Shown: positions 27,325-40,647 of the stretch, piece after piece
How positions within the stretch are numbered: the stretch's first letter is position 1
Layout: every line of letters begins with the position of its first letter
Source of the DNA: Ascidiella aspersa
Lineage: Eukaryota
Reading direction: 5' to 3'
DNA length: 64,000 nucleotides
NCBI GenBank assembly: GCA_963924565.1
Contig: OZ004609.1
Span: 26,474,001 to 26,538,000, forward strand
Position numbers and translations under genes: made by a program
The notes under the pieces: generated by a model
Database searches by the model: none
The model's input: the letters and a program-made list of their open reading frames with translations, nothing else
What the model was told of the DNA's origin: nothing

Positions 27325-27925
27325 GATTCATTTAATAAGGTGCAAGTAATCCAAACCATTCTAATCAATTCTGTTTTTCATTGTGAGGCTGCTTCATGAA
27401 ATCAAATTATATAATTTTTTTGGCTATTGTGCTGGTTGTGTGAAATAAGTGGCTGATTTAATAATTCACTAAAACCTTGTCTAATCTATTGACTAGATTC
27501 TAATGATAATTTTTTGTTGCCAATTTTGACAAAATATGTAACAAGAAGCCTAATATTATATAGCAAGAACATTAAAATTTGCCCTGTCGACCAACCTTTT
27601 CTAGGTTGATGGTTGAAAAATGTATATGATACATGTTTAGTCAGAAAAAATATAAAATAAATAAGGCTTTGTTGCACCCGTTATTGCACTTAATCCTCAA
27701 AAATAAATGTTAATATTTTACTATGGTTTTGATGTAACTAACATAAGTATGTATTGCCCTTTATTTATTAAAGCAGGAGTATGATAAAAAAAATTGTTGC
27801 TTCTTACAGACATTTTTTTTCATAAAACAATGTTTAATTATTTTTTAACAATTGATGTTGTGTGCTTACAAATGATAGTTTAATTTTCTGGTTTTATTAG
27901 TATGGCAGTTTGGTAAATTACAACC

Positions 27926-30900
27926 ATGGTCAGTCACGAAACCTTGGTAGCAGAATTGGCCGTGATCAATGCAATGACCACAGATGAAAGGTAACTAAGT
28001 ACAACTTGTTATTTGGGTTTATTTTTTTTTAAATGAACACATGCAAACTGGGAATTCGTTCATTTTTTTATTATATCAAAATGCCTAAATTTAAAAAATC
28101 ACATTGTCAGTTATTAACATAAAGTTCAATATTTTTCCAGGTTCGCCAATTTTTTAATAGACTAAATTCTTAAGTAGCACATGTAGTATTATATTTACTG
28201 GTGGATATTTAAAATGGACATTATTAGGCTCAGCTCTATTGGTACTGAAAAGTTTCTCCAATATCTTTAATACTACTCCAGTAATCTAAAAATCCCTTGT
28301 ATTAGTTTGCACCCCTGTGTATATTTTCTATTTACAGATTAAACCATGCTGCTCGTCGGCGAGCTGAACAAGTGAAACGTTGGAATGAGTACGATCAAAA
28401 GTTCCACCAGAATAACAATCACTCCATAACAAAATCAAGCCACACAAAAAGAATAAAGTTTGGCGACTGCATCACTTTGTTGGAAGCTGCAGCCAGAAAT
28501 GACTTTGATGAAGGTATAGCACATTGACTTTGGTCATGCTTTTCTATGTTACTACATTTCTGAATTGTGAGCGGGGCTATGCATTTTTTAACTGTTAAGT
28601 TTTTATTTTTTGCAATGACAATTTGAAGCATTAAAAGTGAAACATGTTTTTGTATCAACAAATATTGTTGTGAAATCCATGATATATCTTTAATTTATAA
28701 TTTTTATGATCAATAGTTAAAGAACTTCTAAAGTCTAAAGTCAACCCAAATGAAGCTAATGATGATGGATTAACGACGTTACACCAGGTTGGAAAATAGT
28801 ATTTAGTAAATGTATAAATAAACATTCAACCCCCCAAAAATTAAATTATAAGTCAGATTTACCACAAATTAACTGTTTATAGCCAAGTAAAGTACATACG
28901 TCTTATGTTTTGCTACAAATATATACTTTTGTGTTTAAACAGAAAAACTGATATATACCAACATGCAATTGTGACGCATGTGATTTTGATGCTCAAAGTT
29001 AGCAATTTTCAAATAAGTTAATCTCTCTCTTTGTAACAAGTAATATTTTTTGTGTGTTTGTCTAAAAGTTGTTTTAACTATACCACCAGGAATTGTTTAT
29101 TAAATCATGCTGTGTGTGCCACAGGCCTGCATTGACAACCTGGAAGATATAGTGGAACTGCTGCTTGACAATCACGCTGACGTAAATGCTGTGGATAGTG
29201 AAAGTTGGACTCCACTTCATGCTGCTTGTACCTGTGGGCACACCAACATTGCTCGCCTACTTGTAAAAAGGTATGCACATCAGACTACATGTTACAGAAT
29301 AAGTTGCAATGTTGTACAGTGCTCTTAAACATTTAACTTAATATCAGTAATTTGCTTGCCCAGTTAGAATATTGCTTTTATTTAAGCACATCATTCAGAC
29401 AATGTTTTTTCTAGTTTTATGTTGTTGAGATAACCAAAACATAATATTGTATTTGTAATTGTTATTTGATTTTTCATTAAAGATAACCATTTTCTAATTA
29501 TCTTAAAACAATTTATTTTTCGTTATTTCCAAATCTTATGTCTGCACAGCATGCAATCAAATTGCATCCATTAACTGTTGTACACCTTCAATTTTGTTTG
29601 TTCATGTATTTGCTAAGCTCATTTTTTGTTCTAATGTTTGCTCAGCAAATGTTTAGCAGCCCTTGGCACACAAAGTTTCAAAATTGGTCATCCATCATAA
29701 ACCTAAACCTTACTTTAAAGAACCTGAATTAAAATGTCTAGATATGTGAATTATTTTACTAAATTTGGCAAAACTCATACCAAGGTTACTTAATAAATAC
29801 AAAAAAGTGAAAATTGAGTCTACGGAGGAAATTAAAACACCGCTGTAGCAATGAAATGCTTTTTTGTTTACTTTAACTTCATTGAACTTGAAAAGTGATA
29901 AACCATAGTTATTTGCAGGAATGCAGACTTACTTGCCCTTAATGCTGACAACAATATGCCTTATGACATTTGCGAAGAGGAGGATACTTTGGAGTTTATA
30001 GAACTGGCAATGGCACAAAAAGGTAAGAATTTTGCAGGTTTTTTTTATTTCAAACATTTATATCCTAAACAATTTTCTGGAAATCAGTAACTAAAATCTA
30101 AGTTTTTAAAGCCTAATCCTTTAAAGCCTAATTACAAGCGAAGTTTAATTGCAACATTCAAAGTCTGTTAGGAAATGAATTTGGTCTTTACTACTCGCAA
30201 TGCTGTATTTTCAAAAATATTTTCTTTAGTATATTTAGGTAATTTTAAAGTTAATTTGCTTTAAACTTATTTCTAACATCCTTTGTAAAAATGCCTGTGA
30301 CCTTTTTTATGGTTGCTGAGCCTAAATGACAGTTTCTTTGCATAACGAAACTAACCTTTGAAGAGTGCATAGAAGCGGAAACCCCACAATAAATGCAATG
30401 TGTGCGAGTTTAGTTAGCTGGCCAAAAGTTTCATGCTTGCCTGCACCGATCCTTTTGTTGTTGAGTCTGTAATTGACCATAAATGAACCGTTGAGTTTTA
30501 CAAGACCTCAAAAGTAAACTATGTGTAAACCCATGATAAAAATACAAATTTCCTCAAAAATTCTCATTTAGAGGTCAAAATATTCCATTTTTTTATTAGA
30601 TATTTAGGTTTCAATCTATTTCTTTAAATATATAAGAAAAATAGAAAAGCAGTGGTAAGCACAGATTCATCTATTGATCCATTAAGGTGTGGTTGTACTA
30701 CTGTAGGTGTATACCTTTATGTTTTAGTATGGCTTAGGTCTCCATGATTGATTTTTGTGGTAAATGACTTTGAAAGATTTGGCTCCATTGGCACTCAACT
30801 ATAATGAGATTATGGTTGTCATGTGGCTGGCTACTGGGCCTGAGTGCTTTATAATGTCTTACTTAAAGTCTGTTGCCTTTTTGAGGTGTACCTGGCATTG

Positions 30901-33900
30901 GAGTAAATATTTCCGGACACCGTTTTGATTTTAATGGTTGATATAATTATCTTGAAAACCTTTTTTTCTTCAGCTTTTCTGGTTTGAAGATTATATCTAT
31001 TTTATATTTTTAAATTTAATGCAAAAGAAAATAAGTTACTGGACAAAAATTAAATGTAACAAAAAAGAAGTTATGTCAATGATATACAATTTTGTTAAAA
31101 AAATAAACATATCACTGATTTAAAGTATTACTAAACTAACATCATAAAATAGCATATGGTTAATTGGTTATGCATTTTACAGCTTGGCTTTGGTATGTGT
31201 GTAATTTACAGCTCAGTTAATTGCTGCACAAAGTGTTTAAAAGTTTTTCTAAATTTATTTACAAAGATGTTTTGTTACATGTTGACTTCCCAAAAGCCTT
31301 ATAATATAAAATCAAGTATTAAAATTTTTGTATTCATTGATATGAGAATATTTGTTTACCATTTGCCTGGTGTTGAAGTATTACGAATATAATAACACAA
31401 GTTTTGTGTCTGAACCACATACAAGGAAGTTAATCTACCCACAACCAGCTATTTGCCTATCCCAGTATTAACTTACTCGGTTTGTAATACAGCAGTTTTT
31501 CTGATGGGCATTCTAAGGCCCAAATGTTCTATATTCACTAAATTATTAAATTCATAAACACTTTTTTTCTTTTGTATTGTCAAATCCCTATAATAAATTA
31601 CCACACTTTATGCTATGCTGCAATTTTCAAATGAATGCCGGTTTATAAATAGGAAAGTGAAGTGCTATTAAATACCTAGGAAACCACAAGCCATTTTCCT
31701 TTTACCACAGGTATTACGCAAGAGCAGATAAACAATGCCCGGTCAGCCAAGGAACAAGCAATTTTAAAGGAAGTAACCACGCTCTGTGACCAGGGCAAAG
31801 ATATCAGTCTACCTGGTGATGACGGTGCCACTATTGTAAGTCTGTTTCAAGATAATAATCACTATGGATTTTTTAACACAATGAATCTCTTGCAAAATCC
31901 ACCACAACGTTGTAATGACATGCATATCTCAAAATACAATTGTGGTGCTGTTAAACACTGTCTAAGCTTGGGTTTTTATTGTGTCAATGAGTGAACAGCT
32001 GTATATTCTAACAACATTACATTTAGTCATATTTAAACTTTAGTATGCTCAAATTATCCTGTTTGGGTTTTATGTCTTTAAATTTGTTATATTTGTAATA
32101 ACATAAAGTTAGTGTTTTTTTTGTAAATCGAGCTTACCTAAAAAATATACAACAATATAGACACTCTTTGTTCTTCAGTTGCTCTTTGAATAAATAGTTC
32201 TCTGTTTAGTAAAATAACACACTCACATTGCATTTGTTATGTTGTTGTGTATTACCACTGTAATGTGTAGTGCAGCTGAAATTAGGAGTGGTTTTGCGTT
32301 CCCACACATTGTATAAGTTAATGTCTGTTATGCCATCAGATCACTAAAAGCTTATCACACTTAGTATTTGCAAAAACAGCTAGCCTGCTTAAAATAGTTA
32401 GTGAAAAATAAATTTTGTTCAAAATTTTTTATGAAATATTCTTAAGCACTTGTACCAGTGTCCTTATTTTGTACAAATTGCCATACTATTCAATTAACAT
32501 TAATGTATCAGTCACTACCTCATGCCCTGTCCTCATTGAGTCATCAACAGCAGGAGTTTTATGTCATTCCTTTCTCTAGTCAGAGTTGACTTGCATGCAA
32601 CCCTTATATGAAGAAATTGGAAAGTTACACAGCCATATGATGTCACATGCGATAGTAATAGGAAAGACCTTATACCTATTGTTTCATGGTCTGAAGTAAC
32701 CCTTTAGCTTTTACTTCAGCCGTGTTTGTGTGCTGTTGAAATTTGATAAGGCATGTGTGGTCCAACGGTTGCTTATTTATAAAAAGCCAGGTCAATTTGC
32801 ATAAAGGCAAGGACAAATTTTCACTGTTTTTCTAAAATATCCTAAATAAAAATTAAATGGAAACCACCAATTTATGTGTACAGCTCTTTCTCTGAATATT
32901 ACTTTATTTTAAATGAAATTACAAAAAGTCATGTGATAACTCATTGCTTTAAGAAATGTTACATTTGCTAGAGCAGTTGAATACCACAAAAACTGTTTGT
33001 TTTTCTGTACAGCTCCACATTGCCGCTGCCAACGGTTACATAGATTTGACGCGGTACTTTCTCCTTCACACAAGCGATCCAAATCTTCAAGATAATGATG
33101 GCTGGACACCTTTGCATGCCGCTGCTTGTTGGTGCCAGGTCAGTGAAACAATTTTTATTTAATTCATTTATAAAAATATAGCTACTGCTTGCCAAATACA
33201 ATTAAAACATCTATCAAAAATACTACAGAGTATTTTTTTGGTTGGAGAAAAATGATTTTTATACGACCTTTACCCCAGAATTGGGAAAATGCTCTTCAAG
33301 GCATGCTCTTTAAGGTTGATGATTACAATAAACTTTAACTAAGATTTTATAATTTTTGCAATTTTTGTTATTATTATGATTGGTTAGGGTTCAATAGTAA
33401 TTAAAAACTTAAAAAAAAACTTATTTTAGCTTGAGATTGTCGAAATTCTTGGTGTTGAATTCTCAGCTGATCCAAGCATAAAGAACAACTTGGGGGAAAT
33501 TCCTGCAGGTGTGTACGTTTTGTTTTTCCCTTTTGTGTGTTCTTCAAAGTATCAATAATGTGCTCAGTAAAACTTGTTATAGTAGACACTTTTAAAATAT
33601 GTGGTCAAATGTATATTTATCAAATCAGTGTGAAATAAAAGTTTTGTTTCCAGTTCAGCTTTTTAATACTAACTCTTGATTGATTTATGAGTTCGTTTGA
33701 CCCAGCACAAGTTAGGACTGGCCTATTCATGTACCACGTAAATTTGCGTCATTGGGTTTGATTTATTAAGTGCCTTCTGGGCAATTTGTTGATCGCGGCC
33801 TGTTGTGTCCACATATAAATCTATCAATCTTACATTGGAAATTGTTGCATAAAAAATTCTGTATAAGCTGAAGGATTGGACGCTTTCAAGCAGGAAGCGT

Positions 33901-36900
33901 TTGAGTTCGTAACAAACATGCCCGATCTTGTCGAAACACACTTTTATTAGGCGTTAGATACCTAGAAATGGCAATTTTCGGTATCATGATAACTTCGTAC
34001 ATCTCCAAAAACATCGTAAGCCACTCCACGACAACCCACTTCCTTTAAACGTCGAAACATTTGCCTGTCAGCGTGGCAAATTTTGTTTGCGACACTCGGC
34101 CGATTTCAAGGGTGCTCACGTCTGTATTGCCAGTCGCCAAGTGCAAGAAGGCCATTTTAAATCCGGCATCATCAACATTCGATTGCCCACTTTAGATGAA
34201 GTTTAAGTTTGATATGTGGCCGTCCCGTCCGGCGGGTTGGTTGTCGCCTGCTCTGTGTGCATTACGCAATGCGATTCGTCCGACAAGAGACCTTGGGAAT
34301 AATTAGCGCGTAACTGTCGTGTCCGGCACCTGAATTTCCCACGGGAGCGTCTGCCGCAATTAAATCCCTTTCCATTATGCAGCGCTCCAATCGCCCGTCG
34401 CCAGACACGACCACGCAAGGAGTCTTGCTGGTCAGTCGATGGAGGGCCAATGTGTAATTTTGCCAAAAAAGATGGTCGGTGACTGTCGCACTTTTTACCA
34501 CTAAGTTGATGCTGACCCGGTGTTCACATCGGAATGGCGCAACGATCGTCGGCGTTTTCGCGCTTTATTAATTGTTTGTTTTGCGAGTGTCGGTTGTTGT
34601 ACGCGAAAACGTTTAAACACCGGCACGAACGCGAACTGCGATTATGTCATATGTTATTTAAAATAGTACAGTTTATGGAAAAAATATAAGCTTAATTCAA
34701 ATCTTTATCGCGTTGCAAGCTATTGTCGAAAATAGCTTATTGTTTCCACTTTTTGGGTTTCGTTACTATTTTTAGTCACAGTTTTACAGACACATTATCA
34801 CGCATTGTTTAGGCGTAAGGCTTTTCATTTTACCACAGTATTGTAGCCCCACTCAAGTAGTTTTTAGGAAATACCGAATCAAGCAGCATTCCAAGTCATT
34901 GCCGTAACAAATCAAGTCATTTGCAAAGAAAGTGGTTGTTACACTATTAAAATAACCCTATTTTATTCTATAATAACCTTGCAATTTTCGCAGAGGTAAC
35001 GGAGGACGAAGAAATCAAAACCCTCCTTTCGAAGCTCAAGTCCCAAAACGCGCGAAAGAAAACCAAGCTCTTCCGCAAAAACCTTGGTGCGGGAAGTACA
35101 AGGGTCTCCGGTATTCGGGGGTAAGTTTCATTTTTGGTTGTCTGTTTAATAGCTGCTAGGGTGTTTATTCAGGTTAATTAGTATACCTTCCAGCCTTTAT
35201 GTTGCTTTTTTAGGTCTGAGAACATTATCTCTCATGAATTAGAATTACAGTTTGCGTAAATTTCCCGTTTTCATGTCCATTTTACCTCCCAAATGGTCGG
35301 TAAGGATGATTGCCACAGGGTTCGTTTATGCAGTTTAGTGTATGTTACTTTATTAGGGCTTTAACTCGCTTCTCTTTTTACCCTAACAATAATAGGGGGA
35401 GCGGCGTACAAAGTAATTCTTTGACACTATATGTTTGACAGTGCGTCGCTTTATGGGGACAGCGTGTTGCACCCAATCACTGAACGCGAAACTCAAATAT
35501 ATCTGCTCATCGCCGTTTGGCAATTTGAACCCATGGGCAGGCTCACAAGCTAGGCCTTCCAAATTGCCCGGCTACCCCCTAGTAAACTCAAAAATACTCA
35601 TTCCAAAGTTTACATGACGAAAGCTTTAAGCTTGACTAGAGACTCAGCAAATTGATCCAGCACATTGGCCGACAAGCCGTACGGAAAAACGACACTCTTG
35701 TTGATATATGTCTGGACCTGCGTGTTGGAACCGCACACTGTGCGCTCCAGTCTTGCCGAGCGTTGTGTTTATAACAGGGCTGGCTGTTTTGGATTTTGCG
35801 GTAAAGAAATGCCACCTCAACACCGATTATTTTTTTGATATCGCTGTAGTCTCGCAGTCCCGTTCTAAAACTTGCAGCTCAGTTGGCGAGTGATTTTACA
35901 ATAAAAAAATCCCGCTTTAAGTTTGGGCATTTACGTTTCTCTCTTTCATATTGCTTAACTGAAAATGTTTTTTTTTTTTGCTTTGTTACAATGTGTAAAA
36001 TTCTCAGGCAATCCTTCAAACGAATGAGCAAAAGAGACAAGAAAATTGGAATTTCCGCCGTTGAGGCTAAATCGGAAGCGAAGTTCTGGTCCGGTGCCCC
36101 GGAAACCGCAGAAACTGACATTGTAAGTTTTTTAGATGCTTTGTTGTTTTGCTTCAACTTTTCGGTTGTTCCGATAAAAATGCAGCGGCAGTTTTGTCAT
36201 GACTTACAAGACTCGGCGTTGCATTGCTTCAGAGTAAAACTGCGCTTACTTAGCAACTTGCATTTTATGTTCATTTAAATTTCTATACTTTTAGTGTTTG
36301 ACATTTTTTAACTAGAAAAAATGCTTTTACGTAGACGTAGTATCATGTTTTTATTTTGCTAGTGCGCTGAATTAAATAAGGCAAGTGTTTACGTCAAGTT
36401 TGGAAAACTTGACTGACACGCGAACAAGCCTCGCAAGCTCTGCTTTTATTTACTTAAAGCATGTAACACTTCTGGAACACACATGTTACAAAATTACGTA
36501 CCGATTATTTTGTCGGGCTTAAACCCTTTGATAGTGGGATTTTGTGTACTGCTATGAGCCGCTTTATATCTAGCAATTAATTGCACGTGATGCGTTGGAC
36601 TGCAAAGCGCACTTAAACACCAACCAGTCCAAATCCGCTGAATCCTTCAATAGGTCTGCCTAAAGGGGATTACTCTCACGCATGGATACAGTCGAGTTGC
36701 TGCGTTCTGTGAATGTCCACAGCTTTCGCGGTCACATTATAATAATTTGAGTAGGGTGTATGAAGCATTTATCCGCGACTGCCCTTAAAATCGATAGCGT
36801 ATATGCCGCAAGACCGGTGTTCTATTATGATGTGTAGCGTACAGCCGAGTCGCTGACAGTTGGACACTTATTAACGTTGATAATGTTATTGGAAATGTGT

Positions 36901-38795
36901 ACAGTAGGATTACTACGGAGTTTTATCATTTTTGCGTGTCAATATGTGCGTAAAACTTACTCCTTTCACGCCCCTCCATAGTTAATAATGGCGAACAACA
37001 TTCAAGTCAAACACTCAGATATTAAAAAAGATACAATTTTTTTCGGAAAACTGTAACTGGTTCACGTTCTTTTGAATGACGGTGCCTCTCGAGAAAAGGT
37101 TGACCCATGGTTGCCTTTAAAGCGGACATATAAACACGACTAGCGTTTTGGAGGACCCAGCATCCGTAATAAAAAGTATTGATGCTGCGGTAGGCGACTA
37201 ACCTGACTTGGTAAGGTCCAGGATAATAAATCAAACCCCTCGGTAAGGTCCAGGATAACTCCATATAACCATTCATGATTCATTCAGTCGACCGCCAAGA
37301 AAGGGTTCAAATTCTTCTCGTTGCCAAAATTTCCCACCCGTAAAAAGAAGGATAAGAGCGACAAGTAGCCTGCCCCCTTGTGGTGAGATGCAACCCTGTC
37401 CTTGTCCGAAATTTCCGTTTTTATTCCTCATTTAAATTAATCCGATTTTTTTAGTTTATTTTTCATTGTGCCGAATCACATTTTTGTTGTTTGTGTAATT
37501 GTTGCGGCTAATTGTTTTCAGTGCAAAACATTGGCAAAGCGAATCGTTCGTATGATTTATTGCCTGTAACATGATCACAGCGGCTTTTCTTTGAGCTCAA
37601 AAAGCTGGTCGCTGCGAATTTAATATCTTCACTAAAATTTAAAATTACCCTTGTTTTTTAAATAAACCTAAAAGTTGACAAAAAAATGCATGAAAACAAA
37701 ATAAATTGTAAATTAAAAAAACGACAATCTGGTCGCTGCGAATTTAATATCTTCACTACAATTTAAAATTACCCTTGTTTTTTTAAATAAACCTAAAAGT
37801 TGACAAAAAAATGCATGAATACAAAATAAATTGTAAATTAAAAAAACGACAATCAAATCTTTAGCAAAGTGAGACCTAACTTTGCAAACGTTTTTATTTC
37901 TTATTGTTTAGCGATGTATGCAAAAATTTACTTTTTGCCTCGGTTCAATGCTATTTTGTTTGGCGAACAGCTGTAACTTTTTTTTCTTAAACCTAATGCC
38001 CTTTATGTCCGCGCAAAGCATTACAGCAACAACCCAAGCGGCAACAACAACGAAATGTATAGAATAAACAAACCTAAAGTTTCAACTACTTTCAATTTGA
38101 ACAATAATTTCGTCATTTATGGCATTCTTTGTTGTTTTGTTTTACCCGCATGTTGCAAACCGATACCAGATTTTTATTTTTGTTTGTCCGTCGCCCGAAC
38201 GAAGTGAAAGCCTTTTTTAGAGTTCTTTGTGATTTTGTTTGCAGCATTCATAGCTACAAGCTTTGGGAGTCAAACGGTTTGTAAACTACGTTTTTTGTAA
38301 ATCGTAAAAAGCTGTGTTTTGTTACAATTTGGGTTGGTGTCGATGCAAGAAATAGTTGAACAGATGCGTCATTTCGGGCTTTACACAGCTTTCAATTTCT
38401 CTGCCACGTAATAACACCCACATTCCATATTCCCTTAGTCTTCCACCTCGCTCGATCCGTCAGTAATCTCGCAAAACCCAAGTCAACCCCCCACCAGAAG
38501 CAGCGTCCAGTTACCGACCGAAAACCCTGACGTCACAGACCACGCCTCGGGTGTCGGGGCCAAGCACCGCGATGACGTCATCGAAAAAACTTCCGACCAG
38601 GTCCGAAACGGAAATGGCGACCCTGGCGCTTACTCGCCCGACGTTTTCACCGAGTACAAGGCGAGGCGCGCGCACAAATTGGACGGTGACGTCACACAAT
38701 CTGGTGGTGACGTCATTGCGTCGAAGGGCAACTCGAGCGATCGCAATTACGGTTCGGAGCGGCGCAAGAAGAAAAAGTCGTGCATTATACTATGA
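27926..38795 (+). CDS. PPP1R16: Protein phosphatase 1 regulatory subunit 16A/16B-like (MYPT3/TIMAP family), 496 aa
   Basis: Exons 27926-27990, 28338-28513, 28717-28787, 29125-29270, 29919-30022, 31711-31835, 33013-33138, 33430-33508, 34994-35120, 36008-36122, 38439-38795 (1491 nt). N-terminus MVSHETLVAELAVINAMTTDERLNHAARRRAEQVKRW, RVxF-like KRIKF, ankyrin repeats (DGLTTLHQACID, WTPLHAACTCGH, LHIAAANGY, WTPLHAAACWCQ), C-terminal RRKKKKSCIIL* CaaX. Confidence 0.93.
37097..37345 (+). other. Structured-RNA-like intronic element, possibly a non-LTR (RTE-type) 5' UTR remnant
   Basis: Nested helices AGGTT/AACCT, GTTGCCT/AGGCGAC, AAAGCG/CGTTTT, CAGCATC/GATGCTG; 17-bp direct repeat GGTAAGGTCCAGGATAA (37210-37226, 37242-37258); downstream CCCACCCGTAAAAA. 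Confidence 0.35.
37605..37853. repeat. Recent tandem duplication, 2 x ~124 bp
   Basis: 37605-37728 and 37729-37853 differ by only a few bases (CTGGTCGCTGCGAATTTAATATCTTCACTA...ACGACAAT). Confidence 0.95.
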
Positions 38796-40647
38796 AGATT
38801 TATAAATGTGTATGTTTTTTCGTATTTCGTATCAACTTTTTCCAACTTTTTGCAATTTCTTTGTAAAGTTTAAGACTGTTTACTTTGGGTGTCACTCAAA
38901 TATGTCTGGCCGTCAAATAATTTTTTTTGTCGAAAAATGTGTTTGAACAGTTTATACTGCTCAATATGAATAGTAAACCGACGACTTGACATCGAAACTT
39001 ACACCTCACTTTTTTATCCATAATTTTTTTTTATCAAAATTAATTAATTCTGTCGGCAAGAATCATACGTCTTTATTGGTACGTAGACATACAACATTCG
39101 ACTCACCCTTGTGAACACCCTTTTAGATTTCCATTGGAAAACTTTTCAAAAAGCCCTCACGAGATTATTTGCGCGTTTACGTCGAATAATCGATTATCGT
39201 AAAAGTTTATTTCCGTGTCGCACTGGTCATTACTGCTGCATATAACAGGGTAGGAGAAGTAAAGCGCATGCAAGACGGCCTTTAACAATCCTCTTGGGTT
39301 TGTTTTTACCTTTGACTGGAAAACAGAGGTCGAACTTTCTATCGACTGGTTTGTTATTTCTCATTGTTTTTGGCCGCCTTGTCGTTATTTAACAACATTT
39401 AATGTTCCCCTCATTCAAGGTATGCGCGGTTTACGGCCAGACGAAAATGCATTATAAACTGACACGAGTTAATATTATCTCATAACTTGTCGCGGATATA
39501 CATACTTTTTCTTTGCGAGTCCTTTTGCGAAGCTTGTTGACTATTGCTGTAAGCTTGAACTTCATCGCTGCTATCGCGAAATTCTGAACATGTTTTTACG
39601 GTCATAAGTGCGTCCTGTAACCCAGTGCTTTTTTAAACCGACGATGCGGAAGTTTCAACACAACGGGGAGTTTCATACAGTGTATTTCTTAATGCTCGAA
39701 TAGGCTGCTTTAATATTTATATATTATGGAGTTCACGGTTCTTCTTAATCACGCTGCGGTTTTACCGTTATTAGTGGTTGTAGTGACCTCTAAAAGAGGT
39801 ATGGCGTATTAAATTTCGGTTTATAAGGCTTGCCTATGAAGGTGACCCAAATAAGTGACTCAGGGCCAACTACGGAGGTGTTTGCACCCTTTCTCTGCTA
39901 TTTTACGCATGACCTCTCAACAAAAGATTATTGCATAAAGCGATAAGCGACCGTATACTTTTTTTTATTCTTTTTCGGCACGTTTGCGTTACAGCGATTG
40001 TTGCCCCCTTGGGTGTAGATTTTCTGGACTAAGCGTTTTTGAAATATAATATAAATACGTTTACCGCTGTAAATAAAACTCCTATTTTATCATGAAAAGC
40101 AACGTGTAGTTTAAATAACACTTACCTTATATCGCCCGTATGAATCATATTAATAGGTACACATGCGGCTTGTCTACGACACAGTTAATACAGGTAATCG
40201 GCGCGTCGCAATTATATCTGTAAAAAAGTCGTTAAGACTTGTTTAGGGTACGCAGTACGGGCACAGCGTCAAGGCACGTCTGCCGCATTTTGCTTGTCGG
40301 TACGTGATACACATTTATTTGCATCCCGCCGTATACACGTTCCTTGTGACACGTTTTTCCGTCACTCGCGATATTGGCTGCTGCTGCTGTTGCTATTGCT
40401 GCTTAAGGAAAAATGCCAACTTTGAAATTTTCGGGAGCGTGCAATTTATCCTCCAGAAGAAGCATTTGTTATTATTTAGCGTTGTTGCGGCTGCGTGTTT
40501 TTTCCTGCTGATCTATTTTCGGCATGGTTTTACTAGACCGAAACAATTTTGTGTTATTTGAAATCTTGATCTGTATGTGCGCACGTTTTCGTATGTTTTG
40601 TCACGACCGATAAAAAAATACCACTAAGACGATACGGAGGTTTAAAT

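Noticed and set aside
19315-27900. Additional protein-coding gene in the DIPK2-PPP1R16 gap
   Set aside because: No recognisable exon chain apart from the transposase fossil; probably UTR exons and regulatory DNA that cannot be placed without transcripts.
37080-37210. Canonical HDV-like ribozyme call
   Set aside because: CTAA follows a P4-like helix, but no P1/P3/L3 (UCC) arrangement could be built; kept only as an unclassified structure.
37210-37258. Direct repeat with a spacer as a CRISPR-like array
   Set aside because: Only two 17-bp units with a 15-bp gap; eukaryotic intron; no cas genes.
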